From an uncultured bacterium (GTDB lineage Bacteria; Hydrogenedentota; Hydrogenedentia; Hydrogenedentales; JAEUWI01), in NCBI GenBank assembly GCA_963977445.1, contig CAXBPH010000241.1:1-10771 (forward strand): 10,771 bases of DNA, in the 5' to 3' direction. The notes beneath the pieces were generated by a model. That model worked only from the letters and a program-made list of their open reading frames with translations, ran no database searches and had not been told where the DNA came from. A program made the translations under genes and the position numbers. Shown here one piece after another: positions 4,888 through 10,771 of this stretch. The stretch's first letter is position 1. Each line of letters starts with the position of its first letter.

Positions 4888-7371
4888 TTATTTCGAGTCG
4901 TCGAAGGATTCCGTAATGATCGTGTCGTAGGTTTTTCGGGCAAAATCATAGGCCGCTGTTGCCGCCGCTTTCTCTTCCGGCCGGATGCGGGGCGATTTCA
5001 TGGCCCAGCAGCGATCGACGGCTGCACGGCACCACTCGGCACTGCGCCGGGAGGCACGAATGGGCTTGTCGCCTACCAACACGTACACGGGGTTGGTGTG
5101 GGCGCTCGCGTCAATGCGGAGGGCTACCCAGCTGGAGTGGGGGACGGCATACTCGAAGGCAATTGGTCGCTCCACGCCATCGGCCACGATTTCCTGGCTT
5201 GCTACAGGATAGCCATTGACGATGAGCTCTACCGCGACCCGGCGCGTCTCGGGAACCCGGGCCTTTTCGATGTGCCAATAGGGGCGGCCCATGTAGCCGC
5301 TATCCGCGATCTTTTTTCCGGCATCATCCTGTAACTCAGGCAGGTAGGCGGCAACGTCGGCCTGAATGGATATGGGGCCGGGATTCGCGAGGCGCAACTC
5401 CGTTTCACCGTCGTCCAGCAGGGCACCGCCTACGTTGAGATTATAAATGTGGGATCGACCATCGGAAACATAGTTGACCCCTTCCTTTATCTTCTCCACA
5501 AAGCCATCGAAATCGAGGCGATCCCCCATGCGGGTGTAGCTTCGGGCCATACCGACCCGTTCGTCAAAAATGCAGGGGTAGTCGGTCTCTCCGCTAATCG
5601 CCGTACGGAAACCACTGTTCAATACGTGGTACCAGATATTCAGCTCCATATGGAGTGGGGTGTCCCCGGCGGAAATAAAATCTACGGCATCGTGGGTTAC
5701 GGTGACGATGTATTCGTTGGCACCGATGCCGTCGAATTTGGCCATGACGTAGTTGGGCAGTTCGGTGGTGGGACGCTCGGGTTCCAGACCCCAACCACTG
5801 TGAGAATAGCCGACGATGGCACCCTGACGCTGTCCCCACTGGAGCACTGGAAGGGTCCAGCTGGGCCACTCTTCGATGAGGGTCGTGCCGGGGTAATCAT
5901 CTTCCTTAAGCCGCAAGAGGCAGAGGTGTCCGGCATGGCTGGAAGGGAAGCCCGAGACTTCCACATCGTAGCGCATGAGATTTTCTTCCGTGGAAAGGGC
6001 ATGGACCTGGCCTTCAAAGAAGGTTTTCTGGTGGTACCAGCATGGCCCCCAGGTGAGGACACAGGAAACGTTCAGATCTTCGCCTTTCGCCTGGCGCAGC
6101 ATGGCTTCCGGGCGCACCCCGGCTTCGGGGCTCTCATAGTGGCTGCACCCACCCCCGTGGACGTGGTGATCGGCGCTATACCAGCCTTTGGCCTTCATAT
6201 GGATCCATCGCTCTAATTGGAAGGTCTCGGTGTGGGTCTCTTCGTCGGCTGGAACGGTGATGGTGCGGGTCTGGGGCAGATACTCCGGCCCCCGGGTCCA
6301 GGTGACATCGTAGGTGCCCGGCGGCAGCATGACATACTCACCATCGGCCCGATATATCTGGGGCTGGAAGTAGAAATCGGGGTAGGTGTCGTCGGCGGCA
6401 ACCCGCCGACTGGGCAGGGGATAAACACCGACCAGGGGCTGGGCCGAGAGGCCGGGACGTGACCAGGGCTCCTGCAGGGCCTTGTTGGCTCGGTAGTCGT
6501 CGGGCAACCGTGGGGCATCGCTGGTGTCTGTCAGCCGTTCCACGTTGTCCCGGATGATGAAGGAGGCCATGGTGGGGCCCCCATCGTGATCCTTAACCCT
6601 GAATTTAACTTTGATGGAGGGCTGACAATCAAAAAGGACGGTGACGGCATTGCGGTATCCAATATCTTGCGAACCCTGTCCCACGTGAAAGCCCAGTTTG
6701 GCCTCCCGTGGGCCCACGTCATTGGTGTACACCTGAAGAACCTTGTATTCGACCGGTAAGCCCGACAATTCAGAGGTTAACGGACGTCGTTCGTAGATGC
6801 TCAATTCCAGGAAGCGGTTGGCCACCTGGCCGGGGGTCAAGAGATTTTCCTCCCGGGGATTGGGTGCGCTCGTGGACCGGTGAATAACCGGAGCCGCGTT
6901 GGGGGATTCCCATTCCAGGGGAGCGCGGGTGCCCGATTCGTTATGTACTTTGATGAGAAAGCTTTTCCAGCCGCCTTCCTGAAGCGTGGCGGCCGCCGGG
7001 CCCCGTCGTACCTTGACCCGGGCTTCGGGATTGATGTTGACGGCAGCGAGGCAATAGGGATCGAGGAGCTCTTGAATCGCTTCTGCCAGCTCGGGTGTAT
7101 GGGGCTCATCATTCATGGCCTGGAGGCGTGCGGCGTCTTTGGGGGCAAGGCCGCTACCCAGATACTGGAGGGCTTCTTCCAGTCGCAGACTCGACGCCAT
7201 CAGGGGTTGCACCGGCATGCCGGGGATGACATCGATCTTCTCGATTACTTCCCCCGAGTGAGTGGGGGGCGGGGTGGAGATACACCCCGGAAAAGACAGG
7301 ACCATCAGGCTGGTCAGCCCTAAGAAAGACAGGTGTTGAAGCAACGTGGGGCGATTGCCAATCCAATTCAT
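4888..7371 (-). CDS. Probable lipoprotein; CehA/McbA-family (PHP-like) metallohydrolase, ~827 aa
   Basis: A strong RBS (GGAGGAG) just upstream of GTG-ATG places the start at 7371 rather than TTG 7386. A hydrophobic N-terminus ends in the lipobox-like FPG-C. A beta-sandwich-like segment (GEYVMLPPGTYDVTWTRGPEY) precedes the PHP-type GWYSADHHVH, with further candidate metal ligands in HAGHLCLL, YSHSG and GETD. The family was recognised from remembered motifs, not by search. Confidence 0.75.
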   Translation of the reverse strand: MNWIGNRPTLLQHLSFLGLTSLMVLSFPGCISTPPPTHSGEVIEKIDVIPGMPVQPLMASSLRLEEALQYLGSGLAPKDAARLQAMNDEPHTPELAEAIQELLDPYCLAAVNINPEARVKVRRGPAAATLQEGGWKSFLIKVHNESGTRAPLEWESPNAAPVIHRSTSAPNPREENLLTPGQVANRFLELSIYERRPLTSELSGLPVEYKVLQVYTNDVGPREAKLGFHVGQGSQDIGYRNAVTVLFDCQPSIKVKFRVKDHDGGPTMASFIIRDNVERLTDTSDAPRLPDDYRANKALQEPWSRPGLSAQPLVGVYPLPSRRVAADDTYPDFYFQPQIYRADGEYVMLPPGTYDVTWTRGPEYLPQTRTITVPADEETHTETFQLERWIHMKAKGWYSADHHVHGGGCSHYESPEAGVRPEAMLRQAKGEDLNVSCVLTWGPCWYHQKTFFEGQVHALSTEENLMRYDVEVSGFPSSHAGHLCLLRLKEDDYPGTTLIEEWPSWTLPVLQWGQRQGAIVGYSHSGWGLEPERPTTELPNYVMAKFDGIGANEYIVTVTHDAVDFISAGDTPLHMELNIWYHVLNSGFRTAISGETDYPCIFDERVGMARSYTRMGDRLDFDGFVEKIKEGVNYVSDGRSHIYNLNVGGALLDDGETELRLANPGPISIQADVAAYLPELQDDAGKKIADSGYMGRPYWHIEKARVPETRRVAVELIVNGYPVASQEIVADGVERPIAFEYAVPHSSWVALRIDASAHTNPVYVLVGDKPIRASRRSAEWCRAAVDRCWAMKSPRIRPEEKAAATAAYDFARKTYDTIITESFDDSK

Positions 7372-7450
7372 CACAGACTCCTCCAAGTGTGTCGCACATG
7401 TGTTCTTCAGGTCAGGGTAACGCTATGCTGCGACGGGATGAATACCTGCC

Positions 7451-7479
7451 ATAGTAGTGATCCAACCGACCACGGTCAA
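7451..7479 (-). promoter_or_regulatory. Sigma70-type promoter for the metallohydrolase gene
   Basis: TTGACC (7479-7474), 17-nt spacer, TACTAT (7456-7451). It has the same -35 hexamer and spacing as the promoter at 3844-3872 and lies ~80 nt upstream of the ATG. Confidence 0.6.
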
Positions 7480-7506
7480 GGTCCTGGGAAATAGGAGGGC
7501 AGGGGG

Positions 7507-8571
7507 CTAGCGCTGCAGACTATCACGGACCTGATCAATTTCCGAGTCGATCGCGAGGAATGCCTTGACGACATCGGGGTCAAAGTGGGCCCCGCTATCG
7601 TTTACGAGGATTTCCCGGGCCCTTTCGTGAGAAAACGCGTCTTTGTAACAACGTTTGCTCGTCAGGGCATCATAGACATCGGATACGGCCATTATGCGGG
7701 CGCAAAGGGGTATGGCATCTCCGGACAGCCCATCGGGATAGCCACTGCCGTTCCACTTTTCGTGATGTGACCGGGCAATCTTGTGCCCCATATTGAAGAA
7801 AAAGTTGTTGGGATACTGCCGGGCAACTGCAAAAATCGTATCGGCACCATGGGCAGCATGGGTTTTCATGAGCGCAAATTCTTCATCCGTCAACTTGCCG
7901 GGCTTATTCAGGATGGCGTCGGGAATCGCCACTTTTCCAATGTCGTGCAGGGGGCTGGCCCAGTAGATGGTCTCGATGTAGTCTTCGTCAATGATATCCG
8001 TAAATTCGGGTGTGGAAGTCAGTTGGCCTGCGAGCATCTTGCAATAGGTCTGGGTGCGTTCCAGATGCTTCCCCGTGTCGTCATCCCGGGATTCTGCAAG
8101 TTTCGACAGGGCAAGAATAGCGGCGCGGTGGGCGTCGTTGATCTTTTCGACCTGCTTGTCGACCTGGCCCTGAAGGTCGTCACGATGCCGTTTTAATTCG
8201 AGGTGGTTCTTCACCCGCATTTTTACCATGGCAGGGCGGAAGGGCTTGGTGATGTAGTCGACGGCACCGAGATCGAGACCCTGGGCTTCGTCTTCCTCAT
8301 CAGAACGGGCCGTAATAAAGACGATGGGAATATTCCGGGTTCTTGTGCGATCACGAAGTCGTCGACATACTTCATAGCCATCGATGCCCGGCATGACAAT
8401 GTCCAGCAGAATGATATCGGGCGTGGGCGTTCCCGCCGCCAAAGACAGGGCACGTTCGCCGCTGGTGGCCGCGATGACCGCGTAGTCATCCTTCAATACG
8501 GTCATTAGAATCTGAATGTTCTCCGGGGTGTCGTCGACAATCAATACCCGGGGTTTATCGGCATTGGACAT
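7507..8571 (-). CDS. Response regulator with HD-GYP domain (RpfG-like c-di-GMP phosphodiesterase), 354 aa
   Basis: N-terminal REC: VLIVDD, ILLDIVMPGIDG, ITA, TKP. C-terminal HD-GYP: ESRDDDTGKH, PLHDIGK (HD at 7947-7942), HAAHG, HHEKWNGSGYP (GYP at 7743-7735), ARIMAVSDVYDAL and HFDP. The metal-ligand motifs look intact. Confidence 0.95.
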   Translation of the reverse strand: MSNADKPRVLIVDDTPENIQILMTVLKDDYAVIAATSGERALSLAAGTPTPDIILLDIVMPGIDGYEVCRRLRDRTRTRNIPIVFITARSDEEDEAQGLDLGAVDYITKPFRPAMVKMRVKNHLELKRHRDDLQGQVDKQVEKINDAHRAAILALSKLAESRDDDTGKHLERTQTYCKMLAGQLTSTPEFTDIIDEDYIETIYWASPLHDIGKVAIPDAILNKPGKLTDEEFALMKTHAAHGADTIFAVARQYPNNFFFNMGHKIARSHHEKWNGSGYPDGLSGDAIPLCARIMAVSDVYDALTSKRCYKDAFSHERAREILVNDSGAHFDPDVVKAFLAIDSEIDQVRDSLQR

Positions 8572-8578
8572 TATTCGA

Positions 8579-10771
8579 TTATCCTTCTAGCGCGCCTTCG
8601 GCAATCTTGCTCCGCATCGTGGTTAACACGTGATGGGCGGCATCAATATCAAAGGCGTTGAGATGTTGGTCAAGTTCTTCGGTTTCCGGTCCAAGGGCGG
8701 TGGTTTTCAGACTGGCCTGTAGCGTTGCAAAGCAATGCATGGCTTCACCAAGATCGCTGTCCAACAGGGTGTTCAGTGTTTGGATTTGTTCCAGGACGGT
8801 CGCTGCAGAAACCGGTTGCCCACCGGAGTCCTCAGACTCCGCTACACCATCGGGAAAGCGGGATTCGATTCGCACCAAGGTCGCCTGCAAATGGGTTTCA
8901 AAGTCGTCCAGCGCCCGTGCACAATCTTCGTTGCTCTCGCTGTGGATGGCTGATTCGAGCACGGTGGTTGCATGATAGAGTAGATTGGCACTCAGATTTC
9001 CAGCGAGCCCTTTAATTGCGTGGGCAAGGTTTTTCAACGCGGTTTCATCGCCTTCGTCGAAACGGGCACGTAGTTCCGTTCCTACGGTGCCATACTTGGC
9101 GCGGAACTGGCGCAACAGTTTTTCATACAACTCTTTATTGTTCATCATGCGGTCGAGGCCTTCAGAAAAAGTGATTTCCGGCGCGTCCTGCCAGCAATCC
9201 TCCTTCGTTGGAGTCGGCCTCGAATGGTGTTCCGCCTGCGATGTCTGGTGGTGTGTTCCATGACTACGGTCAGGTGCCCAGGCCGCCAATGTGGTGTATA
9301 GCTGTTGCGGATCAATGGGTTTGGAGATGTAATCATTCATGCCCGCCTCCAGGCACTTTTCTCTGTCACCGACGAGTGCATTGGCCGTCATGGCGATGAT
9401 GGGCAACGTCGAATGGCGGGGGTCTTTTCGCAGCGCGCGGGTGGCCGTGTAGCCGTCCATGACCGGCATCTGGCAATCCATTAAAACGGCGTCGAAGGAC
9501 TCCGAGTTCAGGTGCGCGATGCCTTCGGCTCCATGGTTGGCAAGGGTTACCATAACGCCGGCCATTTGTAGCAGTTCCTCCGCGACCTGGCGGTTAATTT
9601 CATTGTCTTCAACCAGGAGGACCCGCATGCCCGAGAGGGCCTCGCTGGTCTCCGTCTCACGCCGTCCGACCGCGTTGGGTCCCGTGGAAGTTTCTTCTAA
9701 TCCCAGCACGGAAGCGACCGTGTCAAACAGGGTACTCGCCGTTACCGGTTTCAGTAAGACGGCGTCGAGCTCGCTTGATTGGGCATGTTCCCATACAGCA
9801 TCGCGGCCAAAGGCGGTGACGAGGACAATGCGGGGCGTCTGCCCGGCCTGGGCATTGTTACGGATGTGTCGCGCTGCCTCGATGCCGTTCATTCCGGGCA
9901 GTTTCCAATCCATCAAGATGATGTCAAAGGCCATTTCGCCCTGGTCGAAGGTGAGTTTGGCGATGGCTTCTTCCGCCGTTACGGCGCAGGTCACTTCAAA
10001 GGAGAAGGACTGGAGAATGTGTTGCAGGATCTTTCGGGAGGTCGAGTTGTCATCAACGACCAGCACCCGAAGGCCGTGGAGGTCGTGAAAGGACAGTTTT
10101 TGCTTCTGACGGGCCGGATCGGTGGAAGGCTTACCAAACGCGGCGGTAAAGGTGAAGGTGGAACCCACACCTGGCTCGCTTTCCACGCCGATTTCACCAC
10201 CCATGAGATTAACCAGACGGCGGCTGATGGTGAGGCCGAGTCCCGTGCCGCCGTAACGTCGGGTGGTCGAAGAATCGGCTTGGGTGAAGGGTTGAAAGAG
10301 CCGCGCCATCTCCGCTGCAGTCATGCCAATGCCCTTGTCGTAGACCGATATCTGAAGCGTACAGGATTGGTCGTCATTCTCCAGGGCCAGGATTTCGAAA
10401 ATGATATCACCGTGCTCGGTAAACTTGATGGCGTTCGACGCGAGGTTGATGAGCACCTGACCCAATCGAAGGGGATCTCCTATAAGGGCACGAGGCACAT
10501 CGGGCGCAATATCGAAGAGTACCTCTATAGAAGGTTTCTCCATAATCCGCCCTGCCGTGACAGTAGCCAGATTGTCGAGGACATCGTCCAGATCGAAAAG
10601 GATAGCTTCAATGTCGAGGCGTCCGGCTTCAATCTTCGAAAAGTCGAGGACATCGTTGATGATTCCCAGCAGGGCATTCGCGCTGGATTGAATCCGGGTG
10701 AGGTAGTCTTGCTGTTTTTGGGTCAGCTCGGTTTTCAGCGCCAGATGAGCCAGACCGATGACGGCATTCAT
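8579..10771 (-). CDS. Hybrid sensor histidine kinase (HisKA end, HATPase_c, REC, REC, HPt), 5' end outside the window
   Basis: The visible sequence starts at MNAVIG, the residues that normally follow the H-box, so the phospho-His and sensor domains lie beyond the edge. Visible motifs: [10 protein letters not shown] box [11 protein letters not shown]1 DKGIGM, F box [10 protein letters not shown]2 GGTGLGL, REC1 (VVDDN...LMDWKLPG...TA...KP), REC2 (VEDN...LMDCQMP...TA...KP) and HPt [11 protein letters not shown]. The stop lies 7 nt before the HD-GYP start. Confidence 0.95.
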   Translation of the reverse strand: MNAVIGLAHLALKTELTQKQQDYLTRIQSSANALLGIINDVLDFSKIEAGRLDIEAILFDLDDVLDNLATVTAGRIMEKPSIEVLFDIAPDVPRALIGDPLRLGQVLINLASNAIKFTEHGDIIFEILALENDDQSCTLQISVYDKGIGMTAAEMARLFQPFTQADSSTTRRYGGTGLGLTISRRLVNLMGGEIGVESEPGVGSTFTFTAAFGKPSTDPARQKQKLSFHDLHGLRVLVVDDNSTSRKILQHILQSFSFEVTCAVTAEEAIAKLTFDQGEMAFDIILMDWKLPGMNGIEAARHIRNNAQAGQTPRIVLVTAFGRDAVWEHAQSSELDAVLLKPVTASTLFDTVASVLGLEETSTGPNAVGRRETETSEALSGMRVLLVEDNEINRQVAEELLQMAGVMVTLANHGAEGIAHLNSESFDAVLMDCQMPVMDGYTATRALRKDPRHSTLPIIAMTANALVGDREKCLEAGMNDYISKPIDPQQLYTTLAAWAPDRSHGTHHQTSQAEHHSRPTPTKEDCWQDAPEITFSEGLDRMMNNKELYEKLLRQFRAKYGTVGTELRARFDEGDETALKNLAHAIKGLAGNLSANLLYHATTVLESAIHSESNEDCARALDDFETHLQATLVRIESRFPDGVAESEDSGGQPVSAATVLEQIQTLNTLLDSDLGEAMHCFATLQASLKTTALGPETEELDQHLNAFDIDAAHHVLTTMRSKIAEGALEG

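Noticed and set aside
7372..7386. TTG start giving the N-terminal extension MEESV for the metallohydrolase
   Set aside because: These codons contain the GGAGGAG Shine-Dalgarno sequence, which is optimally spaced for ATG 7371 or the adjacent GTG.
8579..8820. Extra helical tail after the HPt domain
   Set aside because: To my knowledge, similar post-HPt helical extensions are common in REC-REC-HPt hybrid kinases, so it was not treated as novel.
10740..10771. Kinase apparently lacking its phospho-His and sensor domain (pseudogene?)
   Set aside because: This is a window-edge artefact. The ORF is open to the last base and begins right after the expected H-box position.
1..10771. CRISPR arrays, tRNA/rRNA genes, IS elements, integrases or defence genes
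   Set aside because: No regularly spaced repeats, cloverleaf or rRNA-like sequence, terminal inverted repeats or transposase/recombinase motifs were seen. All intergenic gaps are under 200 nt.

Overview
GC-rich bacterial chromosomal window with all credible genes on the minus strand. In transcription order (right to left): (1) 3' part of a hybrid sensor histidine kinase (HisKA end, HATPase, REC, REC, HPt); (2) a REC-HD-GYP response regulator, a predicted c-di-GMP phosphodiesterase, 7 nt downstream; (3) an ~827-aa probable lipoprotein resembling CehA/McbA-type PHP-like metallohydrolases, with its own sigma70-like promoter; (4) a soluble GT2 polyprenol-phosphate glycosyltransferase; (5) an ~1,140-aa acidic segmented coiled-coil protein behind a near-consensus sigma70 promoter, with a duplicated N-terminal Trp-containing module and a C-terminal MshEN/T2SSE_N domain but no ATPase; (6) a 56-aa single-TM ORF missing from the ORF track; (7) the overlapping start of a hydrophobic membrane protein running off the left edge. 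The best candidate for an undescribed system is the coiled-coil/MshEN protein near a phosphorelay-controlled HD-GYP enzyme, possibly a c-di-GMP-responsive scaffold. That link is inference, and the MshEN motifs are partly degenerate. No RNA genes, CRISPR arrays or mobile elements were seen. All family calls come from motifs read by eye, not database searches.
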